Virus record (IMG/VR): IMGVR_UViG_3300049460_000123
Span: 1 to 64,000 of that record
DNA length: 64,000 nucleotides
Source: a virus
Reading direction: 5' to 3' (one strand)
Made by a program: the position numbers and the translations under genes. Positions 27,316-36,869 of the stretch are shown here, one piece after another; within the stretch, counting starts at the first letter, position 1, and every line of letters starts with the position of its first letter. Under the pieces are notes generated by a model. The model made no database searches. It was not told the origin of the DNA and saw nothing but the letters and a program-made list of their open reading frames with translations.

Positions 27316-27579
27316 TTAATCAGCCTCGCTGCCCTCAGTCGGTTGAATGCTGTTGGTGCAGTGATTCGTGTTGAGCCAGTTCAGGACGACGCACATGAGG
27401 CGACAGCCCGCGCACTTGCCGAGCTTCACGTTTTTTCCGAAGACAGACGACAGCCGTTCGCGCGGATCGCCAAAGCGCGCCGAGGGATCGGGGCAAAGGA
27501 GGAGATTCAGGAGAGGACCGGCGACAGCGTTTGCCGCTTGGTCGAGGATGAGGAGAAGATTCCAGAAATACCGAGCCAT
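27316..27579 (-). CDS. Conserved small phage protein
   Basis: LDQAANA...GDPRERLSS...NHC pattern. Confidence 0.7.
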   Translation of the reverse strand: MARYFWNLLLILDQAANAVAGPLLNLLLCPDPSARFGDPRERLSSVFGKNVKLGKCAGCRLMCVVLNWLNTNHCTNSIQPTEGSEAD

Positions 27580-27609
27580 TCGATCCGCCTATGCCGAGGA
27601 CATGGTCAG

Positions 27610-27625
27610 ATGATGTCGTCACGAC
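27610..27625 (-). promoter_or_regulatory. GTCGTGAC-class promoter
   Basis: GTCGTGAC-GA-CATCAT-N6-ATG. Confidence 0.75.
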
Positions 27626-27700
27626 TACCAGGTGCAGTTCTGACTGTTTTCCGCTCCTGTGGCAAAATGCGATCTCCGCCACAGGGATACAGAGGGAAAA

Positions 27701-27892
27701 ATGGAATGGATTGATGCGAATGAGAATCCACCGACCGCATACGATGACTATGTATGCTTGGTGCGAGGAAAAATGGCCGTAGCGACACTTCGCGAATATC
27801 TCTATGACGTGAAGCGGCCGAATTGGAGCGTCGAGGGCGTGACGCATTACCTGAAGGATGTGCCACTGCCCCCTTACGAAGGTTCTAGATAG
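27701..27892 (+). CDS. DUF551-like small protein, opposite to the late operon
   Basis: MEWIDANENPP...VTHY...LPP; GAGGG RBS; upstream CTGACT-N17-CAAAAT. Confidence 0.65.
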   Translation: MEWIDANENPPTAYDDYVCLVRGKMAVATLREYLYDVKRPNWSVEGVTHYLKDVPLPPYEGSR

Positions 27893-27907
27893 TGTGCAAG
27901 TTGGCGA

Positions 27908-28102
27908 TTACAGCGGGGCAGGAGGAGCAGGAGATAGCGCCTGAACCTCCGGAATCATTGCGGCGTAATACGACACATACCGGCTATCGGAAAGGGGTAC
28001 TTGCTCCTGATGCGGCCAGGTATCGGTAGATTGTTCCCACCACGACCAGCCGCAGACCTGCGTAAGCGCCCCGTCTGAAAACTGCAACCAGATTTTTTCC
28101 AT
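27908..28102 (-). CDS. Tail-fibre assembly/chaperone-like protein
   Basis: Directly after the fibre; VPLSDSRYVSY. Confidence 0.6.
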   Translation of the reverse strand: MEKIWLQFSDGALTQVCGWSWWEQSTDTWPHQEQVPLSDSRYVSYYAAMIPEVQALSPAPPAPL

Positions 28103-28104
28103 TC

Positions 28105-29616
28105 TTAAATCTCGTAAGAGTTGACAACAACCGTGTATGTGGGCGTCCCGGTGTTGACGGTCGAACTGTAGAACATGCGCTGCGACGTGCTGAGTTTCAT
28201 TCGGGTAATCAGCACCTTGTTTGAAGCGGCGCCAGTGGTGGCGATACCAACATCTTGCGCGCCAGTGCCGGCTATGCTCGAATAAACCGTCAAAGTAACT
28301 GTGCCTGCGGCAGAGTTGGCCGCAGTAATCGAGCCAGAAAAACTCTTGGCATTCAGCGGCACGGCCAAATTGTTCACCATCGTCGGCGTCGCCGCGACGG
28401 TATTCGTCGACATAGCGGTGACGCCGACGATGTCAACTGAGCGATCCGTCACCGTGCAAGGCACAATCAGCCCGGACGCATTCGTGGGAAGTACCGTCAG
28501 CAACGCGCTCATTGTGTAACCGGACGGCATATTGGCGCCCGTGTACGTTTCATTCAGCAGCGATGATGCATTTACGCCCAACACCGCTTCGGTCGAAGTT
28601 GTCGGGTTATAAATGGCATAAATACCGACAAATCCAGATACGGGAAGGCTACCCGTATCCATCCCGTTTGCGCCAGTATGGGTGCCGTCGAAAGTGACGT
28701 TTAGCCCGGCGATCGTCGCTTTCAGGCCGCCAATCAATATGGATTCAACTTGAACTTCGGCCGCCGCAACAACAATCGCAGAACCCGCCGAAGTCAGGCG
28801 CATCGAAAGATTGCGCACTAAACCAACAACGCCAGTAAGTTGCCCAAACTGAACGGCCTGATTGCTTGCAGTAGCAGGGGCGACCGCAAAGACCTGTGAT
28901 GCGCTTCCGTTTAACGCTGCAAAGCCACTCGTAATGGCATTAACTGCAGCCGTGACGAATGCGGTGTTTGAGACCTTGGTCGAGTTGTCGCCTGCCGTCG
29001 GCGTCGGCGTCGTAGGCGTTCCGGTCAGCGCGACGTTGACGAAGTCATTAGTCTGCAACTGCACGTTAGTCCCGTCCGAGAACACCTCGACGGACTTGCC
29101 CTGTGTGACAGCGACGCCGGATCCGGCCGCCGTCTTGATCGTCAGCGTGAACGCGCCAGTCGTGGCGTTCCAAACCGTCCACTGACCAGTCGGCGCCGGC
29201 ACGATAACGGAAATGTTCGCCGTGAGCGCGCCCGTGAACTTCAGGGTGCCTCGCCCGGCCTCGATCGCCGTGAGCGTCACGTTTGCGCCGCCGGCGACGC
29301 TCTTGGTCGTGATCCCATTGACCGTGCCTTGCACGAACGCAGTCGTCGGGACATTCGTCGAATTGTCGCCGATCGCCGGTGACGATTGCAGCGTCGGCGT
29401 GCCCGTGAAACTCGGCGAGTCGAGCGGCGCCACCGTCGGCGGAATGAACGTCCCAGCCTCGAGAGCGTCGACGTGTTGCTTCAGATACGCGGTACGATTC
29501 GCCAGGCTAAGCAGCGGTTTATTCGACACCGCACCGACGCCGCCGTCTACCGGATCGATAATCTCGAGCTGGTAAATCCCCGCGTCATATACTGGCAGTT
29601 CAGGTTGATTCGCCAT
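28105..29616 (-). CDS. Tail fibre protein
   Basis: LANRTAYLK anchor, APLDSPSFTGTPT / GDNST...TAFV repeats. Confidence 0.88.
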   Translation of the reverse strand: MANQPELPVYDAGIYQLEIIDPVDGGVGAVSNKPLLSLANRTAYLKQHVDALEAGTFIPPTVAPLDSPSFTGTPTLQSSPAIGDNSTNVPTTAFVQGTVNGITTKSVAGGANVTLTAIEAGRGTLKFTGALTANISVIVPAPTGQWTVWNATTGAFTLTIKTAAGSGVAVTQGKSVEVFSDGTNVQLQTNDFVNVALTGTPTTPTPTAGDNSTKVSNTAFVTAAVNAITSGFAALNGSASQVFAVAPATASNQAVQFGQLTGVVGLVRNLSMRLTSAGSAIVVAAAEVQVESILIGGLKATIAGLNVTFDGTHTGANGMDTGSLPVSGFVGIYAIYNPTTSTEAVLGVNASSLLNETYTGANMPSGYTMSALLTVLPTNASGLIVPCTVTDRSVDIVGVTAMSTNTVAATPTMVNNLAVPLNAKSFSGSITAANSAAGTVTLTVYSSIAGTGAQDVGIATTGAASNKVLITRMKLSTSQRMFYSSTVNTGTPTYTVVVNSYEI

Positions 29617-29626
29617 CCCTCAGTCC

Positions 29627-30079
29627 TTAGAACGAAATCGTCCACGTACCCGAGAACGTCAGGTCCGTGTCTTTGTTGAGCGGCGCCGTCCGCGTTTTCC
29701 GCGCATACAGCGCGCCACTGGCAGTAAGCAGTCCGAATTCAGAAATAGCCTTTCCGTTCGCCTCGCCAGTGCCGAGCGAGAACGCATACTGGACTTGGTT
29801 CGTCTGCGGATAGGAGTGGCCGTCTACAGCCTTGATATACGCGCTGGTGAGCACCGAGTTGCTGAACACAGGTGCAACCGCGCTCGTGCCGAACCCGATC
29901 TGCGTAACGCTCTGCCCCGTCACGTCGCCGCCGAGCAGCCTGGCGTGCGCCTGTTGCGAGCCGATTACGACCAGGTTCTTTTCTTCGAATACTTCGATGA
30001 GCTTGCCGGCGCGGCGAACTTCCAGGTAGAAGTCGCCGCGCGGCTTACGCTCAAAATCATCCCGTAGGGAAAGGTTCAT
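29627..30079 (-). CDS. Tail-collar/baseplate fibre-attachment protein
   Basis: NLVV, EANGKAISEFGL, YARKT; GGAGG RBS. Confidence 0.75.
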   Translation of the reverse strand: MNLSLRDDFERKPRGDFYLEVRRAGKLIEVFEEKNLVVIGSQQAHARLLGGDVTGQSVTQIGFGTSAVAPVFSNSVLTSAYIKAVDGHSYPQTNQVQYAFSLGTGEANGKAISEFGLLTASGALYARKTRTAPLNKDTDLTFSGTWTISF

Positions 30080-30102
30080 CCACGCCTCCATTCTATTAAT
30101 GG

Positions 30103-30118
30103 AGTGTGCTGTCACGAC
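30103..30118 (-). promoter_or_regulatory. GTCGTGAC-class promoter
   Basis: GTCGTGAC-AG-CACACT. Confidence 0.75.
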
Positions 30119-30122
30119 CGAA

Positions 30123-31226
30123 TTACAAGGACTCCACGACAGTAGTTCCGCCCACTCTGAATATCGAACCGTCGTACCGTCGAACTCCGTTGTAGCGGTA
30201 GTCGTAGACGATCGTGATCGACTCGTCATCCGAGGGAGCCGTCAGCGTATCGGCGAAAGGCGCGAGCGCCGCCGCGCCGGCGAGCGCGTCCGTCGGCGCC
30301 GTGAGCGTGTCAGCGAATGCCATGCTGGCTTGCAGCAGCGTGAATGCATCCGTCGGCGGCGTCAGCGCGTCGGTCAGCGCCGAGCCCGTCAGCGACAGAG
30401 AGCGCATCTGAGTGCCCGCGTCGCGCAGCTTGTTGACCAGATCCTTCACGATCTGCGTGAACGCCGCGACGTCACCGCCGTTGATCAGGTCATAGGCATA
30501 TGTGACGTCAAACAGACCGTACAGAGGCTTGGCCGAGGCGCTATATGTGTGCGAGCCGTCGCGCGTGATAACGCCGTTGTAAAGCGGAAACGTCGGCCCG
30601 TACAGAGTCACGTCTGTCACGGTCGAGACCTGGCCGGTATATGCCTGGATCGCCAGCTCGATCGCGACGTTGTTTCCGCGTGGCCGCAGCACTTCGGCGA
30701 TGATGCGCGGCCCGTAGCTCGCATCCAGCTCGCCCGGCAAGCGCGGCACGCCATAGTAGGAGCCCAGCAAGTCGAGCCACTCGTTGGACGCCGTAGTCGT
30801 GCTCATCTGCTTGAGCATCTCGCCGATCTGCGTTTGCGCCTGCTCGAGCTCGTTCGACTGCGAATCCATGTACGACCACAGCACGTTCGTGTAGCCGTAC
30901 AGGTGATCGCCGTTCGACGTGTTGATGTCGTTCGAACCGTCCATCAGGACGAGCGCCTTCAGCGTCGACAATTGCGACGTGTCCGCATACACGACTGAAT
31001 AGCCGTCCTGCATCGACAGGAACACGACGAGTTGACCGACCGTGTATTGCGAGAGATCGATCGTCAGGTTTTGGCCCGACCCGCCCGTGACCGTCGTACT
31101 CAGGAACCCGTCCGCGATCGCCCATGTCATGCCGCCGTCGTACTTCAGGCGAATGGCGAGGAACTCATGCGGATCCTTGTCGAATACCTTGTGCAGGTAT
31201 CCGAGCAGCTTTTTAGTGAATTTCAT
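30123..31226 (-). CDS. Baseplate wedge protein (P2 gpI-like)
   Basis: TASNEWLDLLGSYYGVPRLPGELDASY. Confidence 0.8.
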   Translation of the reverse strand: MKFTKKLLGYLHKVFDKDPHEFLAIRLKYDGGMTWAIADGFLSTTVTGGSGQNLTIDLSQYTVGQLVVFLSMQDGYSVVYADTSQLSTLKALVLMDGSNDINTSNGDHLYGYTNVLWSYMDSQSNELEQAQTQIGEMLKQMSTTTASNEWLDLLGSYYGVPRLPGELDASYGPRIIAEVLRPRGNNVAIELAIQAYTGQVSTVTDVTLYGPTFPLYNGVITRDGSHTYSASAKPLYGLFDVTYAYDLINGGDVAAFTQIVKDLVNKLRDAGTQMRSLSLTGSALTDALTPPTDAFTLLQASMAFADTLTAPTDALAGAAALAPFADTLTAPSDDESITIVYDYRYNGVRRYDGSIFRVGGTTVVESL

Positions 31227-32668
31227 CAGGCGATCGCCACCGTGCCGGGCATCAGTTTTTGAGTTTTCGACGTCGTCACGTCCGCGAGGCGCGCGGTCGA
31301 CACCGCCGGCGGCACTTCGCCAGCGACAAGTCCAGACACCGGCTCGACATATCCGCTACCGATACCCAGCAGCGCGGAATTCTGCTTTTGCAGATTTGCC
31401 GGCGTCGTGCCGACATAGACATTCCATCCGGACACGCCCGCGAGCACCGGCGGAGACGCAACCGTGAGGACGTTGTTCGCCAGCACGGCGAGAGACTGCA
31501 CCGAAGACGGCAGCGTCTCGCCGGCGGCCGTGATGTACGTCGTCTGTACGTAATAGGTCTGTGCGGCAAGCGAGCCGCTCACGATCTGGCCGAGCACCGG
31601 CGCCACCGGCACCGATACGTCGGCAGGCACGAAATTGTCCACGCCCGTGATCGACTTGATAATTGCAATCAGATCCGCAACCTGGAACGGTTGACCGATA
31701 CCAATGCCGACGATATAGGCCGCCGCCGCCGCATTCGCCGCAGTGTCGAGCGTAGCCAGGTCGAAGCCCGGTAGCGGCGTAATGGCGCCCGCGATGTTGA
31801 GCGGGATCTCCGTCGCGGCGAAAATGTCCACGTGCACGCCGGCCGCTTTCCATCCCGGCACCTTGTTGCCGTTTGCGTCGGTATAGCCATAGACGACTTT
31901 TTGCGCCTGCGTTACCAGTGCGCTCGAGGTGTTGCCTACACCGTTGTGGATGTAGCACTGCACCAGGCCGACCGGCTGAGTGTTGTCCGTCTCGTATGGT
32001 TCGACCACCGAAGCCGATACGACTTTCTCCGTCACGTTGCCGAGCGCATCAACAATCTGCGTCGTCGTCAGTCCGTACTGGATCGCGAGCGGCGTGCCGC
32101 GCGGCAGGGACGCAATAAACGCATTGAACCGGATCTGACGTGCTGCGGGCGTCTCCGCGTCGAGACCATTGATAAACGGCGAAAGGTTTGCAGCCGATAC
32201 AAAGCCATTCGGCGCCGGCACGGGCGTGAAGGCAACGACCGATGCGAGATTACCCACCGAGCCCGCGACGTTGGCCGCGACAAGGACGTCCCCGAACGTG
32301 CTACCGGCCGGGATCGTCACGTCGGACTGCGACGTGTAGGAAACGGATCCACCAGGAAACGAAAACGTCGTCCCGGCCGCGATCACCTGCGGAGACGGAC
32401 TGCTCGTGATCACGACACGCACCAGGCCGCCCGCATCGTTTGCCGGCAGAGCGGCGAACTGGAACGAGTTGTAGGTCGCGACTTGCACCGCCTCGATCAG
32501 ACCGTTGAGCATCTGCTGATAGAGCTCGTCGAGCTCCATCGCCGGCGCCTCGACGATTGTCCGCCCGATCGCACCCTCGTTGAAGTCCGTAATCGTCGAC
32601 TGCGTCCCCTTCATCCAATTGATCATTGAGATGACGATCGACGCGAAGTCCTTGACCTGAAATGCCAT
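31226..32668 (-). CDS. Baseplate J-like protein
   Basis: ITDFNEGAIGRTIVEA, GLDAET, WKAAGV. Confidence 0.9.
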   Translation of the reverse strand: MAFQVKDFASIVISMINWMKGTQSTITDFNEGAIGRTIVEAPAMELDELYQQMLNGLIEAVQVATYNSFQFAALPANDAGGLVRVVITSSPSPQVIAAGTTFSFPGGSVSYTSQSDVTIPAGSTFGDVLVAANVAGSVGNLASVVAFTPVPAPNGFVSAANLSPFINGLDAETPAARQIRFNAFIASLPRGTPLAIQYGLTTTQIVDALGNVTEKVVSASVVEPYETDNTQPVGLVQCYIHNGVGNTSSALVTQAQKVVYGYTDANGNKVPGWKAAGVHVDIFAATEIPLNIAGAITPLPGFDLATLDTAANAAAAAYIVGIGIGQPFQVADLIAIIKSITGVDNFVPADVSVPVAPVLGQIVSGSLAAQTYYVQTTYITAAGETLPSSVQSLAVLANNVLTVASPPVLAGVSGWNVYVGTTPANLQKQNSALLGIGSGYVEPVSGLVAGEVPPAVSTARLADVTTSKTQKLMPGTVAIA

Positions 32669-32676
32669 TTTTATCC

Positions 32677-33294
32677 CTACGAACTTGCAACTACCTGGAT
32701 TGATTGACCGGCGACAGGAATCGCCTCGACGCTCACCTCGAGCACATCACCGTTCACAGTCGCGACCGCCTGCGAGACACTCGCGATGCGCGGATCCGCC
32801 AGCACAGCGCCCTTAGCGGTCGACGCGGCGAGCAGTCGCGATGCCGAGGTGCTAACCCGGCCGATCAGCGTCTTGAGGAGCGATCCATAGCGAGGGTGAA
32901 ACATGAGATCGCCCTGCTGAGTCTCGATGCGATTCTTCAGCGCTTGGCGCAGATTCGCGCGCCCCGTCACTGATGCGAAGTCGCCATTCGAATTCGCGGC
33001 GAGCAGTCCATTGGTGAGCGCGATGTCGGTCCCGAAAACCTGGCTTGGATCCGTCGTCGACGCGACCGCCGTCGGCGCCGGAATGAGGATCTGTGCGCCC
33101 GTGAGAAGCACGCCCGGCCCAGCCTGATTCGGATCATCCGTGAGGTACGGATAAACCAGGTTGTTCGGGTAAATGAGCAGCGTCCACTTCGACGCGTCGC
33201 CCATCGCGCGCGCCGCGACCTTTTGCAGTGTGTCGCCGCGCTGCGTCAGAACGAACGTGAATCCGTTCAGCGGGGTATCGAATGGCGTCGTCAT
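32677..33294 (-). CDS. LysM plus gp25/GPW-like baseplate protein
   Basis: RGDTLQKVAAR; NLRQAL...HPRYG...ADPRI. Confidence 0.82.
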   Translation of the reverse strand: MTTPFDTPLNGFTFVLTQRGDTLQKVAARAMGDASKWTLLIYPNNLVYPYLTDDPNQAGPGVLLTGAQILIPAPTAVASTTDPSQVFGTDIALTNGLLAANSNGDFASVTGRANLRQALKNRIETQQGDLMFHPRYGSLLKTLIGRVSTSASRLLAASTAKGAVLADPRIASVSQAVATVNGDVLEVSVEAIPVAGQSIQVVASS

Positions 33295-34451
33295 ACGTTC
33301 ACCGTCATGCCGTCATTGGCCGCCTTGACCATCGCCGCGAGCTGAGCGGGCGTGTATGGCGCAAGCACAGGATCCATATGCGCCAGTGCCGACAGGGACA
33401 CCTGCGCGCCCGCCGTCAGCGCGACCGGACCCGGCGCCGCTGCGCTCATCGGTGCGATCGACTCGAATGCATTCTTGTTCGCGAAGGCAGAGATCGGCGA
33501 ACCGCCCGCCGTGCTCGAGCAATTTGAGGAGCCGAACAGCGGCGTATAGTCCTGATACGTGTTCTGTCCAGTCAGCGCGTTTTTCAGCAGACAGCCGATG
33601 TTCGTGAATGCGCTCGCGATCCCCATGATCTGACCCATGAGTTGGCCCGGCAGGTTCATCACCGCCGCGATCGTCTGGAAGACCTTCGTCGCGCACTGGA
33701 CGAGCGTCGTCGCCACACTCATGAGCGCCTTGCCGATGCCAAGCACCGAATTCACCGCGCCCATGACCGCGTTACAGACCTTCGTCACAGCGCCGACGAA
33801 CGCCTTTACCGGCGCGAGAATGTTAGACGTGATCCACGACGAGATGCCGTTCATGAACGTCGTGATCGAGGTGATCGAGTCGATCAGCGATGTCAGGCCG
33901 AGCGCGCCGAGCACTTCGGATGCGATCGACGACGCCGGCGTGCTGTAGGCTCCGAGCTGGTCACTAATGACCGTCATCGGGATTTGATACTGAGCGAGCA
34001 GCGGCCGCGAGCGCGAGCGCCGCAGCACGAATTGCCCCGGAATAACCTGGCTCGTAAACTGGTCGAGCGCGTCGACGTACATGAGCTGGACGAAATCCGG
34101 ATTGCCGCCGCTCTGATAGGCCGCCAGGCGCCGCGCGTGCCACTGGTCGAACACCGTCGACTTGAGATCGATAAGGCGCTGGATACCGTCCTTGGCCGAC
34201 GAGTCGGACCGCCATCCGGTATTGCCCGAGATGTTGATCGTCGCTATGCCCGCCCCGAACTCATCGCCCCAGGCGCCCCCGAGTGTTTGCTGAACCGTCG
34301 TGCGCGATGGATCCGTGCGCGTCATCTCCTCCGGACGCACATACAGCTTCACCTCTGTCGGCGCATCGCTGGCGTTCAGATCGAACAAAAGGAAACTGAT
34401 CGGCGTGTCGCCGGCCTTCTGGGACGAGGGAGGAGTAGCGGATAAGCTCAT
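33291..34451 (-). CDS. Tail tube initiator / baseplate-associated protein
   Basis: VQQTLGGAWGDEFGAGIATINISGNTGW; synteny. Confidence 0.65.
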   Translation of the reverse strand: MSLSATPPSSQKAGDTPISFLLFDLNASDAPTEVKLYVRPEEMTRTDPSRTTVQQTLGGAWGDEFGAGIATINISGNTGWRSDSSAKDGIQRLIDLKSTVFDQWHARRLAAYQSGGNPDFVQLMYVDALDQFTSQVIPGQFVLRRSRSRPLLAQYQIPMTVISDQLGAYSTPASSIASEVLGALGLTSLIDSITSITTFMNGISSWITSNILAPVKAFVGAVTKVCNAVMGAVNSVLGIGKALMSVATTLVQCATKVFQTIAAVMNLPGQLMGQIMGIASAFTNIGCLLKNALTGQNTYQDYTPLFGSSNCSSTAGGSPISAFANKNAFESIAPMSAAAPGPVALTAGAQVSLSALAHMDPVLAPYTPAQLAAMVKAANDGMTVNV

Positions 34452-34457
34452 TACACC

Positions 34458-34473
34458 ATCGTAGTGTCACGAC
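34458..34473 (-). promoter_or_regulatory. GTCGTGAC-class promoter, leaderless
   Basis: GTCGTGAC-AC-TACGAT-N6-ATG(34451). Confidence 0.8.
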
Positions 34474-34496
34474 GCTGAGCCTATTCGCTCTCCTTA

Positions 34497-35372
34497 TTAC
34501 GCCTGCGCGTCCGTTGTCGGAGCGTTGGCACCCTGCGCGGTATGGTGATGCGACTTGACGCCAATGCCGTCGACCGTGACATCGCCGCCGAGCACGTTCA
34601 CGCTACCCGTGAGCTGCATCGTCGCGCCGGATCCGCCCGAGCCATTCATACCGCCCTTGAACGTCAGCGCACCGTCGACCGTCATCGCGCCCGTGACGTG
34701 CGTCATCGGCGAATCGATCGTCACGCTAGGCGATTTGATCGTCGCCGCGCCCGTGACCGTCACGTTCGCCGCGCCCGTCGTGTTGACCGAGAGATTGCCG
34801 TTATGCGTGAGCGTCACATTGCCGGACGGATCGATATCGAACGTCGCCACCACCGCGCCGGCGTTCGCAACCTGCAGGTGAGCGTGCACGGCCGCGCCCG
34901 TGTTTTTCTTGATCGCCCACTGCTTATCGAAGTCGCGCCCCGTCAGATCCTCGTGTGCCGGCGAGGTGCCGACGCGGAAATACGTGCCACTCGGATGCGC
35001 GAACTCGAAATTCCCGGCGCCGTCCGTCGTCGTGTAGACATCGCTCGGAGTGCGGTTCACGACGCGATCGAGATCCGCGAAAAGCATCTGGCAGATCTGC
35101 GGAAAACGGAAGCCGATCACGACGCTCGAATTGCCGAACGTGAGCACGGCCGCCGTCACGTCACGGTCCGTTTGCTGCGTCAGATCCCACTTGTTTCCGC
35201 TCGCCGGCAGAGCCGGATTCGGCAATTGCGCCGACCCGGTATTCGTGCTCGCGTGCGGCGTAAGCACCTGCACACCGACCATCTGCTCACCGTTGTCGAC
35301 CATTACGAGATCGACGCTATAGTCTTCCGGATGGACTGCCGCCACCCGCCCCCAACGGATGCTGTTACCCAT
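34497..35372 (-). CDS. Baseplate spike (gpV-like)
   Basis: OB-fold start GRVAAVHP, beta-helix repeats, C-terminal HxH. Confidence 0.85.
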   Translation of the reverse strand: MGNSIRWGRVAAVHPEDYSVDLVMVDNGEQMVGVQVLTPHASTNTGSAQLPNPALPASGNKWDLTQQTDRDVTAAVLTFGNSSVVIGFRFPQICQMLFADLDRVVNRTPSDVYTTTDGAGNFEFAHPSGTYFRVGTSPAHEDLTGRDFDKQWAIKKNTGAAVHAHLQVANAGAVVATFDIDPSGNVTLTHNGNLSVNTTGAANVTVTGAATIKSPSVTIDSPMTHVTGAMTVDGALTFKGGMNGSGGSGATMQLTGSVNVLGGDVTVDGIGVKSHHHTAQGANAPTTDAQA

Positions 35373-36843
35373 TCGCAAGCCCCGACAATTCAGCGTTATA
35401 GGGACTCTGCACGCCGGCGCCCGCCGTGACACGCTTCACAAAGCCGTTTCCGCGCTCGAGCTTAAGCGTCTGGAAAAGACCTTGATACGGTACATAGTCA
35501 GTATCGACACTCACAACATAGAACGTCGACTCGAACGAACCGCGCACAATGCGCACGTACTTGCCGGGCCGAATCAGTTCGTTCGCGCGAATCCGCGCCA
35601 TGCCGCTTTCGAACAGGACATTGTCCTTGTTCTGCGCGACCAGGATCGCACGCCGATCGTTGATCCAATTCGCCATGCTGGTGTCGCGCGTCCCCTGTTG
35701 ATCCGCCGGCAAGCCGCTATTCATCGTTGTGACGTCGTCGCCGCCCATCTGCGTTTCGGACTCCATCATCCGCAGACCGTAGAACTGTTCGGCGGAATTG
35801 ACGTAGTTGCCGAGATCGACCGTTTGCGCCGTCGCGCCCTGGATCGCGTACTGCTGGCGATAGATATCGCTCACGAGCTCGAATCGCGGCGCGCGCACCC
35901 AGTAATAGTTCGAAACGCCCGCGTCACTGCGCGAAACGCTCAGACTGATCACATCCTTGTCGAGCACATCGATCGTTTCGACGTCCGGCGCGTCTTCCTG
36001 AATCAGGCCGCCATTGATGTCCTTGAACGGCGTAGGCCGGTAGACGACATACTCGCCGTCCTCGCGCGACTCCGTATAGAGCTCGTTGAACGCGCCCACG
36101 TCACCAAAGTACGAGAGTAGGTAATAAATAGTGCCCTGCTGGTTTTGCGCACCGCCCACGTCCACGACGCCATGCACGACCGTGTTATCGATCTTGAACG
36201 CCGTCGGGTTCGATGTGTTCGCCGGCATCAGCGACGTCAGGAACGGATTGACGATTTTGTTCACCACTTCCGACAGGAACGTCGGAGCCGTCATCGACGT
36301 ATCAAAGCCAACGCCGAAGCGCTCGAACAGCTTGAAACTCGAGAGGTAGTTTTCGCCGATCACGTAGCCTGGCAGATACTTGATCTGCATCATTTGCCAG
36401 ATCTTGCCGAAGTCCTGCCCGGCGACCGTGATCGTGCGCTGCGGCTTGCCGTCTGGACTCATCGACTCCGTGCGCGAGATCTCCGACACGAACCCGCGCA
36501 TCAGGATAGGAGGCTTCGGCAGCAGATCCGTCGCGCTGCGCTGATTGTGGCGCATACGGATCTCGATCATATCCATCGGCTCGATCAGTCCGTAAAGCGA
36601 TTCGCGAGAGCCCTTTACAACGTATGGCTTGTCCGGCAGCGTGAGAGAAAATCCGCCGGCCGCCGACCGAACCGACTTCGTCACGCGCAGACTGCCCGAC
36701 TCGCCGATGAACGGCGTCAGGTCGATCGTCTGGTTCGTGTCGAGCACGCGCTGCGATACAGGCGTCTTACCATCGACCGTTTGCCGGCCGATGGTTTTGT
36801 ATAGCGTCAGAGTGAGCGCCGGCGTGTAGATGGAGATGTTCAT
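35365..36843 (-). CDS. Baseplate hub protein
   Basis: MRGFVSEISR...ITVAGQDFGK; synteny after tape measure. Confidence 0.75.
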   Translation of the reverse strand: MNISIYTPALTLTLYKTIGRQTVDGKTPVSQRVLDTNQTIDLTPFIGESGSLRVTKSVRSAAGGFSLTLPDKPYVVKGSRESLYGLIEPMDMIEIRMRHNQRSATDLLPKPPILMRGFVSEISRTESMSPDGKPQRTITVAGQDFGKIWQMMQIKYLPGYVIGENYLSSFKLFERFGVGFDTSMTAPTFLSEVVNKIVNPFLTSLMPANTSNPTAFKIDNTVVHGVVDVGGAQNQQGTIYYLLSYFGDVGAFNELYTESREDGEYVVYRPTPFKDINGGLIQEDAPDVETIDVLDKDVISLSVSRSDAGVSNYYWVRAPRFELVSDIYRQQYAIQGATAQTVDLGNYVNSAEQFYGLRMMESETQMGGDDVTTMNSGLPADQQGTRDTSMANWINDRRAILVAQNKDNVLFESGMARIRANELIRPGKYVRIVRGSFESTFYVVSVDTDYVPYQGLFQTLKLERGNGFVKRVTAGAGVQSPYNAELSGLANG

Positions 36844-36849
36844 GACGAC

Positions 36850-36865
36850 AGAATGCCGTCACGAC
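36850..36865 (-). promoter_or_regulatory. GTCGTGAC-class promoter, leaderless
   Basis: GTCGTGAC-GG-CATTCT-N6-ATG(36843). Confidence 0.8.
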
Positions 36866-36869
36866 ATAC

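Noticed and set aside
28105-29616. DGR or invertible tail-fibre system
   Set aside because: No reverse transcriptase, template repeat, invertase or inverted fibre copy seen
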